48,523 nucleotides of DNA from positions 1 through 48,523 of the IMG/VR virus record IMGVR_UViG_3300044466_000011. One strand, given 5' to 3'. The notes beneath the pieces were generated by a model, which saw nothing but the letters and a program-made list of their open reading frames with translations, did not search any database and was not told the DNA's origin. This DNA comes from a virus. Its lineage: Duplodnaviria > Caudoviricetes. The first letter of the stretch is position 1. The number at the start of each line of letters is the position of its first letter. The position numbers were made by a program, and so were the translations under genes. This document shows positions 18,990 to 27,724 of this stretch, in pieces.

Positions 18990-19189
18990 GCCGAGTCCGT
19001 CGTCGACGCAAGCACCGCCAGGAGGCGATGCACCGGCGCTCGAGCAGGTGGCCGCTGATGGGCCTGTTCCGGTTCTTCAAGAAGCACCGCGAGCTCGAGA
19101 TCGGTCCGCCGGCGCTCGACCTGCAGAAGGCGCAGATCGCGATCAGCCGCACGGTTCAGCGCCTCGCCGACGGCGGGGTGTTCCATTGA
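18986..19189 (+). CDS. Hypothetical protein
   Basis: ATGA overlap with upstream stop; basic 67 aa. Confidence 0.5.
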   Translation: MSRVRRRRKHRQEAMHRRSSRWPLMGLFRFFKKHRELEIGPPALDLQKAQIAISRTVQRLADGGVFH

Positions 19190-19443
19190 AGGGCTACCGC
19201 GAGGAGGGGGACCGCTTCATGGTGGAGCGGCTCCCCGACGGCGTCTCGTTCAAGGTGCGCCACTTCCCCGACCCGATCACCAGGCGCAGCTGCTGCTCGG
19301 TCACCGTCACCATGACGGACGCCGATCGCGCTCGAGCCATCCCCGACGCAGACCCGCACGGGGAGGCGGCCTGCCTGGCTCGAGCGACCGTGCTCGTCGA
19401 GCAGAAGCATGCCATTGTTGACAAGAAGTCTCGGCGTGCGTAG
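19186..19443 (+). CDS. Hypothetical protein
   Basis: TTGA overlap; start uncertain (TTG 19186 or ATG 19219). Confidence 0.5.
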   Translation: MKGYREEGDRFMVERLPDGVSFKVRHFPDPITRRSCCSVTVTMTDADRARAIPDADPHGEAACLARATVLVEQKHAIVDKKSRRA

Positions 19444-19446
19444 TAT
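19415..19446 (+). promoter_or_regulatory. Sigma70 promoter TTGACA-17-TAGTAT with operator TTGTTGACAAGAA
   Basis: -35 19418-19423, -10 19441-19446, operator 19415-19427. Confidence 0.9.
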
Positions 19447-19454
19447 CTATCTCG

Positions 19455-19477
19455 GCACCGGGGCGCGACCCCTGGGC
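19455..19477 (+). repeat. 23-nt leader hairpin repeat, copy 1 (GCACCGGGGCGCGACCCCTGGGC)
   Basis: Identical to 20783-20805; GGGG-CGCGA-CCCC stem-loop just after a promoter. Confidence 0.9.
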
Positions 19478-19499
19478 CGATGACCGGGAGACAGACAGC

Positions 19500-20246
19500 A
19501 TGGACCTTCGCAGCTACGACTGGATCGTGATCAACTCGAGCGCCGGCAAGGACAGCCTGGCGATGCTCGACACGATCGTGGAGATGGCGACCGCGCAGCA
19601 GGTGCTCGACCGCGTGCTCGTGGTGCACGCGGACCTGGGCCGGATGGAATGGGCCGGCACGCGCGAGCTCGCCGAGCGCCAGGCGAAGCGTTACGGCCTG
19701 CGCTTCGAGGTGGTCGGACGGACGCAGGACCTGCTCGCCCACGTCGAGGCGAAGGGCATGTGGCCCGACAGCCAGGCGCGCTACTGCACGAGCGATCACA
19801 AAACGTCGCAGGTGCACAAGCTGTTCACGCGCCTGGTCGACGAGCGCGCCGGCGGCCGCCAGGTCCGCATCCTCGACTGCCTGGGCATCCGCGCCCAGGA
19901 GTCTCCGAAGCGCGCGAAGAAGGAGCCGTTCAAGTTCAACCGCCGCGCGTCGAACGGCCTGCGCCACGTCGACACCTGGTTGCCCATCTTCACGTGGACG
20001 CTCGACGAGGTGTGGGCCCGCATCAACGGCCGCGGCCTCGAGAGCCACCCGGCCTACGCGCTCGGCATGTCCCGGCTGTCCTGCTGCTTCTGTGTCCTGG
20101 GCTCGAAGCCCGACCTGCTGATCGCCGCCAAGCACAACCCCGAGCTCCTGGACGCCTACGTGGCCGTCGAGGACCGCATCGGCCACCGCTTCACCCACAA
20201 GTTCAGCATCCGCGAGATCCGCGACGAGGTGACCTGCAATGACTGA
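19500..20246 (+). CDS. PAPS reductase-family (PP-loop) protein
   Basis: SSAGKDS PP-loop, RYCTSDHK, GIRAQESPKR, HPAYALGMSRLSCCFC. Confidence 0.9.
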   Translation: MDLRSYDWIVINSSAGKDSLAMLDTIVEMATAQQVLDRVLVVHADLGRMEWAGTRELAERQAKRYGLRFEVVGRTQDLLAHVEAKGMWPDSQARYCTSDHKTSQVHKLFTRLVDERAGGRQVRILDCLGIRAQESPKRAKKEPFKFNRRASNGLRHVDTWLPIFTWTLDEVWARINGRGLESHPAYALGMSRLSCCFCVLGSKPDLLIAAKHNPELLDAYVAVEDRIGHRFTHKFSIREIRDEVTCND

Positions 20247-20541
20247 CGAGCGACTCTTCGAGCTCCTGGACGCCATGAAGGGCGCGCCCTCCTACGTCGA
20301 GGGCACCGGCCTCCGCATGTGGACCCACGCCCCCGGCTTCGGTGTCGTCGAGCAGCGCCGCATCGGGAAGGGCGAGCGCTGGTCGTTCGCGCCGAGCAAG
20401 GACGTGGTGCCCCCCACGCACTACGCCTACGGCCTGGTCGGCCCGCGGTGGTGGTCGCGGCCGCTGCTCGAGTGGGCCCGCCGCGCCGAGCTCCTGAACG
20501 TCGCGGCGCACGCGCAGGCTATGTCGGCGAGGTGCCTGTGA
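20239..20541 (+). CDS. Hypothetical protein
   Basis: GAGGTG RBS, overlap with upstream gene. Confidence 0.6.
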   Translation: MTDERLFELLDAMKGAPSYVEGTGLRMWTHAPGFGVVEQRRIGKGERWSFAPSKDVVPPTHYAYGLVGPRWWSRPLLEWARRAELLNVAAHAQAMSARCL

Positions 20542-20729
20542 TGGCGTGCTCGCACAAGGCAGTCACGATCGGCCGGCACCTGGCGCGCGAGCTCTTCGAC
20601 GCGCGCGGCAACCACTCCGAGGTGCATCTCTCCGAGGTGGAGCTCGCGGCGCTGCTCACGCTCGCGGTCGAACGCTCCGAGCTCCCGGCGGAGTTCTTCG
20701 AGGACCTGCTCGGCCAGGGCCGCCGGTAG
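20541..20729 (+). CDS. Hypothetical protein
   Basis: GAGGTG RBS, TGATG overlap. Confidence 0.55.
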   Translation: MACSHKAVTIGRHLARELFDARGNHSEVHLSEVELAALLTLAVERSELPAEFFEDLLGQGRR

Positions 20730-20732
20730 GTC

Positions 20733-20766
20733 GTTGTTGACAACAACTGCCGTCTCGGCGTAAGCT
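20733..20766 (+). promoter_or_regulatory. Sigma70 promoter TTGACA-18-TAAGCT with perfect palindrome GTTGTTGACAACAAC
   Basis: -35 20737-20742, -10 20761-20766, palindrome 20733-20747. Confidence 0.85.
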
Positions 20767-20782
20767 CTTTCTCGTCGGTCGG

Positions 20783-20805
20783 CTACTTCAACGCACCGGG
20801 GCGCG
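20783..20805 (+). repeat. 23-nt leader hairpin repeat, copy 2
   Basis: Identical to 19455-19477. Confidence 0.9.
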
Positions 20806-20838
20806 ACCCCTGGGCGGCAACGAGAGGACAAACTGAAA

Positions 20839-21213
20839 ATGGCAAGCACCCACTTCGCGGCAGTCAAGGATGGCATCGTCGTCGGCACGCGCTCGAGCGC
20901 TTCGCGGCACGTCGACGGCGAGGGCAAGTTCGGCCCCTACACCCACGCGCTGCTCCGCTCGGAGCGCAAGACCTTCCTCGTCTCCGGCAAGGTCGTCGAG
21001 TCCCAGGACGTGATCAGCTGGCACGGCAGCGCGCCGCTCGCCGCCGCCGCTCGCCGCCTGGCGCACGTCGGTCTGACCCACACCATGGACTACAGCTACC
21101 GGCCGGCCGAGGAGCACTACCGGCTGACCTACACCGCGGCGGAGATCGTCCCGGTGATCGTCGTCGCCCGCAAGGCCAAGATCGGCGCGGATGCGTTCGC
21201 GGGGGGCAAGTAA
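20839..21213 (+). CDS. Hypothetical early protein
   Basis: GAGG RBS after promoter; strong codon bias. Confidence 0.75.
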   Translation: MASTHFAAVKDGIVVGTRSSASRHVDGEGKFGPYTHALLRSERKTFLVSGKVVESQDVISWHGSAPLAAAARRLAHVGLTHTMDYSYRPAEEHYRLTYTAAEIVPVIVVARKAKIGADAFAGGK

Positions 21214-21215
21214 CC

Positions 21216-21581
21216 ATGAGCGACACCCTGCTCCCGACCGACCAGTTCTCGCGCCGGCTGCGCGAGCTCTCCGACAACCCCGGCGCGATCCGCCGGACGT
21301 CGACGGTGCAGACCGCCGACTTCTACGGCAACGTGCAGACGTGGGTGATCGACACGTTCCGCGACGGCGCGAAGGAGGAGGTGCTCGTGCAGCGCATCGA
21401 CTCCCAGGGCGGCATTCAGCTGGTGCTGCCGCCGGCGGTCACCGCGGTGCTGATGCGGCAGCGCGAGAGCGCCGTCGGCGTGTCCCGACGTCGGGCAGCG
21501 CAGACCGCCCTGGCGACGAAGCTGCGCCGGGGCATCGACCCGGCCGCGGCGCTGAAGCGCCACCGGAAGGCGGCCAAGTAG
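21216..21581 (+). CDS. Hypothetical protein
   Basis: 121-aa ORF, normal codon bias, basic C-terminus. Confidence 0.7.
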   Translation: MSDTLLPTDQFSRRLRELSDNPGAIRRTSTVQTADFYGNVQTWVIDTFRDGAKEEVLVQRIDSQGGIQLVLPPAVTAVLMRQRESAVGVSRRRAAQTALATKLRRGIDPAAALKRHRKAAK

Positions 21582-21805
21582 TGGGGTGGGTGCCGGCGGG
21601 CCACGACGGAGCGACATGCTCCTGTTACCTCTGCGTGGCGGGCCGCGAGGCGACGGGCTCGCCGGCACTCGAGTGTAGCCATTGTGACGGCTATCAGCAG
21701 GACCGGCTCCTCTGCCGGGGCTGCATGGGTCCAGTGTGCCGGCGCTGCGAGCGCGAGCGCCGGTCGGCAATCAATCAGACGTGCAGGCCACGCCTGCGGA
21801 GGTAG
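21581..21805 (+). CDS. Small Cys-rich (Zn-binding) protein
   Basis: CSCYLC, CSHC, CRGC, CRRC; GTG abuts the upstream stop. Confidence 0.5.
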   Translation: MGWVPAGHDGATCSCYLCVAGREATGSPALECSHCDGYQQDRLLCRGCMGPVCRRCERERRSAINQTCRPRLRR

Positions 21806-21810
21806 AAACC

Positions 21811-22818
21811 ATGGCGAAGCGACAGTCGAAGGAGAAGGCGGCGGTGCTCGAGGGCGAGCTCGTGCTCACCAACCAGTCGAGCGACGAAGACGAGCAGACG
21901 GTGCTCGCGGCCGGCCAGACCGTGATCGGGTTCCTGAAGAGCGTGTCGGCGTTCTTCACCACCGCGCGCACGCTGGAGCACCGCGCGCTCGCGACACGCG
22001 ATCGGTTCCGCGCGATGCCGGTGCCGACGTCGATGGAGGCGGACGAGCAGCTGCAGCGCGAGATCAGAACCGCGAACGAGGACAAGCGCGAGGTGGAGGA
22101 CCACTGGAAGATCACCGCGGTGATCTCCGGGTTCCACCGCCGCATGACCGCGCGCCGCGCGAAGGCGACCGACGCGCTCGAGGAGGCCGCGCGCCTGGGC
22201 AACGCGAACCACAACAGCTACGTCCAGGCGGAGAAGCGCCGCGCCGAAGAGGAGAACCGCCGGCGCGAAGAGCAGGCCCGCCGGGACGCCGAAGAGCGGC
22301 AGCGCCTGGAGCTCGAGCGCATGGAGGCCGAGGCGGTCAAGCGCGAGGAGGCCGCCGGCGAGCTCTCCGGCCGCGAGCAGGTCTTCGTCGAGCAGATCGC
22401 CGGCCACGGCGACGGGCTCCGCGCCGCCCGGCAGGCCGGATTCCCCGACCCGGCCAAGAGCTCGACGCGCCTGCTGAAGCTGGCGAAGATCCAGGCCGCC
22501 ATCAAGGGGGCCCAGGAGGCGGCCGCCATTCGCCGCCAGGCGGTCGCGGCGAAGGCCCGGCCGGTGCAGGTCGACCCGGTCCCCTACGTCGCGCCACAGG
22601 TCACCAGGGCCCCCGGCGCGCAGGACCGCAGCTACCACTACGGGGACCTGGTCGACGAGCAGGCCCTGGTCGCCGCCATCCTCTCCGGCAACCACGGGAT
22701 CCCGACGGACCTGCTGCGCATCGACACGTCGAAGCTGAACGGCTACGCGAAGGACCTGGGCGATCGCATCAACCGCTGGCCCGGTGTCCGCTACCGCAAA
22801 GAAACGAAGGTGGTGTGA
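21811..22818 (+). CDS. Coiled-coil early protein with an inserted TerS-like HTH
   Basis: GGAGG RBS; E/R-rich coil, C-terminal WPGVRY; LSGREQVFV..AARQAGF..RLL..IQAAI segment. Confidence 0.75.
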   Translation: MAKRQSKEKAAVLEGELVLTNQSSDEDEQTVLAAGQTVIGFLKSVSAFFTTARTLEHRALATRDRFRAMPVPTSMEADEQLQREIRTANEDKREVEDHWKITAVISGFHRRMTARRAKATDALEEAARLGNANHNSYVQAEKRRAEEENRRREEQARRDAEERQRLELERMEAEAVKREEAAGELSGREQVFVEQIAGHGDGLRAARQAGFPDPAKSSTRLLKLAKIQAAIKGAQEAAAIRRQAVAAKARPVQVDPVPYVAPQVTRAPGAQDRSYHYGDLVDEQALVAAILSGNHGIPTDLLRIDTSKLNGYAKDLGDRINRWPGVRYRKETKVV

Positions 22819-23432
22819 TGACGACCGACCGACGACCGCTCGATCGCTACGACACCAACCCCTGGCAGACCCGCGCGCTGCTTGCCCACGTCCCCGAGAT
22901 CAGCGGGCGCGTGGTCGAGCCGTGCTCGGGCGACAACTCGATCGCTCGGGTGCTCCTCCTCGAGCGCCCAGGCATCGAGGTGCGCACCAACGATATCGAC
23001 CCCAGCACGCCGGCGCAGCAGCATATGGACGCCACCGGCCGCGCCTTCTGGGAGCAGGCCGCGCCGTTCGACTGGGCGGTCAGCAACACGCCCTTCGAGA
23101 TGCCGACGTGCCTGGAGATCGTGCAGCATGCGGTGACCCACGCGAAGGTGGGCGTGGCGCTGATGCTGCGCTTGACGTTCCTCGAGCCGACCGACACCCG
23201 GCACCCGCGGGGCCCCTGGCTCGAGGCGCACCCGCTGTCGCGCCTGCTCGTGCTCCCGCGCTACTCGTTCACCGGCAACGGCAAGAGCGACAGCGTCACG
23301 ACGGCCTGGTTCCTCTGGTCGCGCAAGCGGCTGACGGGCCGGCCGCTGCTCTGCCTGAACGCTGCCGACGTCACCTACGCCACGATCCCGGAGCTCGAGC
23401 AGGAGGCCCGCCATGCTGACGCCCAATGCTAG
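22818..23432 (+). CDS. Small amino-DNA methyltransferase-like protein
   Basis: DRYDT..W, VVEPCSGD (motif I), NDID, SNTPF (motif IV variant), LRLTFLE, R.SFTGNG.SD..TAWF.W. Confidence 0.8.
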   Translation: MTTDRRPLDRYDTNPWQTRALLAHVPEISGRVVEPCSGDNSIARVLLLERPGIEVRTNDIDPSTPAQQHMDATGRAFWEQAAPFDWAVSNTPFEMPTCLEIVQHAVTHAKVGVALMLRLTFLEPTDTRHPRGPWLEAHPLSRLLVLPRYSFTGNGKSDSVTTAWFLWSRKRLTGRPLLCLNAADVTYATIPELEQEARHADAQC

Positions 23433-25275
23433 TGCGCCGACGCTGCGCCCCTACCAGGGCGACCAGCTGCAGGCGATCGCGAACAGCTGGACCACCGGCA
23501 CCAACCGGGTCCTGATCAAATCGCCGACCGGCACGGGCAAGACGGTGACGTTCGCGGCGATGCCGCGCTTCCCGGAGATCTCGAGTCGGCTCGCGGCGTT
23601 CCCGCAGCGCGGGGCGTTCATGCTGGTGATCGCCCACCGCGAGGAGCTCCTCACCCAGGCGGCCGCGAAGCTGCAGGCCGCGAACCCCAAGCTGGTCGTC
23701 GACATTGAGATGGCGGACAGCTACGCCTCGCGCGCCGCGAACATCATCGTCGCGTCGATCCAGACGCTGTCGGCGCGCAGTGGCGGCCGGCCGTTCAGCC
23801 GGCTGTTGCGGCTGATGCGCGACCACACGTTCCGCCTGGTGATCGTCGACGAGGCGCACCACGCCGCGGCCGCGAGCTACCGCACCGCGCTCGTGCACCT
23901 GGGCTTCCTGCCGGCAGACGACGCCAGCGAGGAGGACAACATCGAAGCGCCGGACTACGACGACGTGGCGCTGATGCAACAGCACCTGGGGGCCTGGGAC
24001 AAGCGCGCGCCCCAGGACCGGGTGCTCGTCGGGTTCACCGCCACGCCGGCGCGCTCCGATGCGATCGGCCTGGGCTGCGTGTTCCAGAGCATCGCCTACA
24101 GCTACGCCCTGAAGCAGGCGATCGACGATGGCTGGCTCGTGCCGATCGTCCCCTGGGTCGTCGAGTCGAACGTCAGCCTGGACGACGTCGGCATCACCGC
24201 CGGCGACTTCAACCAGAAGCAGCTGGCCGCGGCGGTCAACCAGGCGCGCCGCAACGACCTGGCGGTGGCGGCCTGGCGCGACCACGGCGAGGACCGGCAG
24301 ACCCTGGCGTTCACCGTCGACGTCGCGCACGCGCACGCGGTGGCCGATGCGTTCCAGGCGGCCGGCACGCCGGCGCTCGCGATCAGCGGCGAGACGCCAA
24401 AGCCGGAGCGGCGCGCAGCGCTCGAGGCCTACCGCAACAAGCGCGTGCGCCTGCTCGCCAACTGCATGGTGCTGACCGAGGGCACCGACCTGCCGGAAAC
24501 CGGCTGCATCCTGCACCTGAAGCCGACCAAGAGCGCAACCCTCTACGAGCAGATGACCGGCCGCGGGCTCCGGCTGTTCGACGGCAAGCAGGACTGCCTG
24601 GTGATCGACCTGGTCGACGTCGCGAAGAAGCACTCGCTGCAGACCGCGCCGGTGCTCTACGGCCTGCCGCCCGGCATCGTCGCCAACGGCGAGAGCCTCG
24701 ACCAGGTGGAGTCGGAGCTCCAGGCCTTCAAGGAACAGCACCCAACCATCGACGTCGAGGAGCTCCTGCGCTCCGGCCGGCTGACGCTGGCGCAGCTGCA
24801 GGCCCGCGCGACCACGTTCGATATCTGGAAGATCCCGAGCCTGGGCGCGCTCGAGGCGGTGGTCAGCCTGAACTGGATCAAGCAGGGGACCGACCGCTTC
24901 AAGCTGACCTATCCCTGGGGCGAGGGGTGCTACGAGACGATCGAGGTGGGGCCGGACCTGCTCGGCAAGTTTGAGATCGCCCTGACCATGCGCGAGAAGG
25001 ACCCCGGCGGCCTGACCTGGACGGTCCGCCAGCGCACCCTCGCCAACGGGCTCCAGGACGCCGCTACGGCGCTCCAGGCGGCGGAGGCGTGGGTGAGCTC
25101 TGACCGGCGCACGGTCGCACGGCTACGGTCCAGGGAGGCCCCCTGGCGCAGCCGCCCGGCCTCGCCTGGGCAGATCAGCATGCTGCGCCGGATGCGGGTG
25201 CCGTTCTCGCCGAGCATCAACAGCGGCCAGGCGAGCGACATGATCGACATGGCGAAGCAGCGCCAGCGTCGGTGA
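23413..25275 (+). CDS. SF2 DEAH helicase (Irc3/RadD-like)
   Basis: LRPYQ, PTGTGKT, AHREELL.Q, VDEAHH, GFTATP, LTEGTD.P, YEQMTGRGLR. Confidence 0.92.
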   Translation: MLTPNASAPTLRPYQGDQLQAIANSWTTGTNRVLIKSPTGTGKTVTFAAMPRFPEISSRLAAFPQRGAFMLVIAHREELLTQAAAKLQAANPKLVVDIEMADSYASRAANIIVASIQTLSARSGGRPFSRLLRLMRDHTFRLVIVDEAHHAAAASYRTALVHLGFLPADDASEEDNIEAPDYDDVALMQQHLGAWDKRAPQDRVLVGFTATPARSDAIGLGCVFQSIAYSYALKQAIDDGWLVPIVPWVVESNVSLDDVGITAGDFNQKQLAAAVNQARRNDLAVAAWRDHGEDRQTLAFTVDVAHAHAVADAFQAAGTPALAISGETPKPERRAALEAYRNKRVRLLANCMVLTEGTDLPETGCILHLKPTKSATLYEQMTGRGLRLFDGKQDCLVIDLVDVAKKHSLQTAPVLYGLPPGIVANGESLDQVESELQAFKEQHPTIDVEELLRSGRLTLAQLQARATTFDIWKIPSLGALEAVVSLNWIKQGTDRFKLTYPWGEGCYETIEVGPDLLGKFEIALTMREKDPGGLTWTVRQRTLANGLQDAATALQAAEAWVSSDRRTVARLRSREAPWRSRPASPGQISMLRRMRVPFSPSINSGQASDMIDMAKQRQRR

Positions 25276-25282
25276 TCGTCCT

Positions 25283-25330
25283 ACCCCACATCTTGTGGTG
25301 TTGAGATCGGAGAGCGGACGGACGTAGGAT
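25283..25330 (+). promoter_or_regulatory. NrdR-box-like site next to sigma70 promoter TTGAGA-18-TAGGAT
   Basis: ACCCCACATCTTGTGG (25283-25298) resembles the NrdR consensus acaCwAtATaTwGtg; -35 25301-25306; -10 25325-25330. Confidence 0.6.
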
Positions 25331-25336
25331 CCGCCC

Positions 25337-25745
25337 GACAGAAAGAGAGCCGGCCAGGGATGCAACCCCCCGAGCCGGCTCAAGACCGCAGCCCGTGGTG
25401 AAGTCACGGGGACGGCGTTCCGGTGGCGATTCTACACCGGGCCCTTCCCAGCAACAACTCCACAAAACTCCACCACCGGGCGGCGGCGAGCTCGCGCGAG
25501 CGACGGCTCAAACCACCGGGGCGCGCGGGTGAACTGCCGGCACTGGGAGTGCCACGCCGGCGAAGGTCTGGAGCGAAGGTCTGCGACCTGGCAGGGGCCG
25601 GCGTGCGTCAGCTGGCCGAAAGAGCAGACCCACTCGGGTGCGTGACGTCACGCGCGCCTGGGGCCACGAGCGACGGCTATACGGCTGAATCGTTTGTTGG
25701 CGGCTCTCCCTTCACGTAAGGGGGAGCTCTGCCTCGTTCGCTCTG
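25337..25745 (+). ncRNA. Candidate large structured RNA / origin region
   Basis: Stems at 25347-25381, 25392-25410, 25420-25440, 25516-25527/25651-25661, 25539-25553, 25703-25727 and paired direct repeats, in the largest gene-free gap. Confidence 0.5.
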
Positions 25746-25779
25746 GCAACCGGCTGTTGAAGTTCAAAACCAAATACAG

Positions 25780-25792
25780 TTCTTATCAACAA
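25780..25792. promoter_or_regulatory. Operator-like site TTCTTATCAACAA
   Basis: Exact match to TTSTT-N3-AASAA, upstream of replication genes. Confidence 0.65.
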
Positions 25793-25808
25793 CTACAGGG
25801 GTGCAGAG

Positions 25809-26309
25809 ATGGCTGATCCGAAAGTGAATATTGCTGCATTGACCAAGCTGGTGGACGCTCTGATCGACCTGCACGAGAAGCAACTGCGCGCGCTCGACGA
25901 GATGCGGCTGATCATCGGCGGCCACGCCGGCATCGGTAAGAGCCTGAAGCGCGTCTACGAAGCGTTCGACGAGGCCTGGACCGCCCGCTACGCTCGCACC
26001 GGCGGCCGGCGGTTCGCTTACGTGTGGAACATGCGCGAGGACACGCCGGCGGCGAAGCGCCTGCTCGCGAAGCTGGAGCCCGAGGAGGTGTTCGCGCGCG
26101 TCGATCGCTACCTGCGATCGCCCAACCCGTTCTACGCCGAGGTGCGGCACTCGTTCCGAATCTTCGCGCGCGACGTCAACGTGTTCGCCGACGACCTGCA
26201 GATCCCCTTCGAGGACCCCGGCGCGACGGTCGCGGACTGCCGGCACGATCCGCCCTGCCGATCAGACCAGGAGCACACGCGGGTGCGTGCGCGGGAGATG
26301 CGCGCGTGA
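25809..26309 (+). CDS. Putative replication protein (initiator C-terminal-like / helicase loader)
   Basis: Directly upstream of DnaB; AAKRLL..YL...NPFY...RHSF..F pattern resembles phage initiator C-terminal domains. Confidence 0.55.
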   Translation: MADPKVNIAALTKLVDALIDLHEKQLRALDEMRLIIGGHAGIGKSLKRVYEAFDEAWTARYARTGGRRFAYVWNMREDTPAAKRLLAKLEPEEVFARVDRYLRSPNPFYAEVRHSFRIFARDVNVFADDLQIPFEDPGATVADCRHDPPCRSDQEHTRVRAREMRA

Positions 26310-27724
26310 AGGCCGCCGCCACGCTGCCACGGCCGACGAGCGTCGACCCCGAGACGTTCATCCTGCCGCACTCCCTCGAGGCCGAGCGCGCCACCCTGGG
26401 CGCGGCGCTGCTCTCCCGGCACGCTGCCGACTACGTCTGCGATCACCTGCGGAGCTCGAGCTACTTCCGGCGGGCGCACCAGCTGCTCTACGACGCGATC
26501 GCCACCGTGCGCGAGCGCCAGGTGGAGGTGGACTTCCTGACGCTGAAGGCGGAGCTCGAGCGCCGCGGCAAGCTGGACGACGTGGGCGGCCCGAGCTACC
26601 TCTCGGCGCTGACCGACGGCGTGCCGCGGTCGAGCAACGTCGCCTACTACGCCGGCATCCTGCGCGACCTGCAGGCGAAGCGCGCGGTGGTCGGTGATGC
26701 TCGGCGCACGATCGACCTGGTCGCCGGCGGCACGCACACCGCGACCCAGATCCTCCAGGACGCTGACCGCCGGCTGATGGACCTGCAGGCCGGCCACGTC
26801 GAGGGCCGCATGCGCTCGGTGAGCTCCAGCCTGGGCGAGCTCACCGAAGATCTCGACTGGCGCATGAACCACCGCGGCGAGGTGACCGGCATCCCGAGCG
26901 GCTACGAGGCGATCGACGAGCTCACCCTGGGCTGGCAGGCCGGCGACCTGGTGATCATCGCGGCGCGGCCGTCGATCGGCAAGACCACCTTCGTCGTCAA
27001 CAGCGCGGTGCTCGCGGCGCAGACGTTCCGCAAAGACGGCGCGGCGACCCGGATCGCGCTCTTCTCCCTCGAGATGCGCCGGCGGCAGATCGAGTATCGG
27101 ATCCTGTCGCAGCTGTCGGGCGTGCCGCTGACGCGCATCCTGAACGGCGCGCTCGGGGAGCTCGACGTCAAGACCATGTCCCTCGCGATGGGGACCATGG
27201 CGAACCTGGCGATCGAGATCGACGACCGCGGCGGCCAGACCGCCTGGGACATTCGCGGCGCGTGCCGGCGGCTGAAGGGCGAGGGCGGGCTCGACCTGGT
27301 GATCGTCGACTACGCGCAGCTGATGCCCGGCACCCTCGAGCGCAGCGGCAACCGCAACGCCGAGCTCGAGGACATTGTCATGCGGCTGAAGACCCTGGCC
27401 GACGAGCTCGCCTGCCCGGTGCTCCTGCTCTCGCAGCTGAACCGCCTGGGCACGCAGCGCGTCGACCCCAGGCCCAAGCTGCAGGACCTGCGCGACAGCG
27501 GCGCGCTCGAGCAGCATGCCGACATAGTCGGGTTCCTGCACCGGAAGAACCACCGCGAGGGCGGGCCCACCGAGTTCATTCTCGAGAAGCAGCGCAACGG
27601 CCCGACCGGCACGATCATGCTCTCCCTGGACCGCGACACCACCACCTTCACGCCGGCCCCCGACCAGCAACCGCTCCCGGACGATCCGCCGGCAGAATCT
27701 CCTAGACGCCGGAAGCATTCTTAG
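26306..27724 (+). CDS. dnaB: Replicative DNA helicase
   Basis: LPHSLEAERATLG, AARPSIGKT, FSLEM, IVDYAQL, LSQLNR, DLRDSGALEQHAD, KQRNGPTG. Confidence 0.97.
   Translation: MKAAATLPRPTSVDPETFILPHSLEAERATLGAALLSRHAADYVCDHLRSSSYFRRAHQLLYDAIATVRERQVEVDFLTLKAELERRGKLDDVGGPSYLSALTDGVPRSSNVAYYAGILRDLQAKRAVVGDARRTIDLVAGGTHTATQILQDADRRLMDLQAGHVEGRMRSVSSSLGELTEDLDWRMNHRGEVTGIPSGYEAIDELTLGWQAGDLVIIAARPSIGKTTFVVNSAVLAAQTFRKDGAATRIALFSLEMRRRQIEYRILSQLSGVPLTRILNGALGELDVKTMSLAMGTMANLAIEIDDRGGQTAWDIRGACRRLKGEGGLDLVIVDYAQLMPGTLERSGNRNAELEDIVMRLKTLADELACPVLLLSQLNRLGTQRVDPRPKLQDLRDSGALEQHADIVGFLHRKNHREGGPTEFILEKQRNGPTGTIMLSLDRDTTTFTPAPDQQPLPDDPPAESPRRRKHS

Noticed and set aside
19455-20805. 23-nt repeats as a CRISPR array or att sites
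   Set aside because: Only two copies 1.3 kb apart, no spacers, and no cas or integrase gene
25540-25710. Known ribozyme or group II intron domain V
   Set aside because: Could not assemble a hammerhead core, HDV pseudoknot order or DV consensus on either strand by eye
25423-25719. 98-aa ORF in the structured gap
   Set aside because: No RBS, poor codon bias and S/R/A/G-rich product; base-pairing explains the region better
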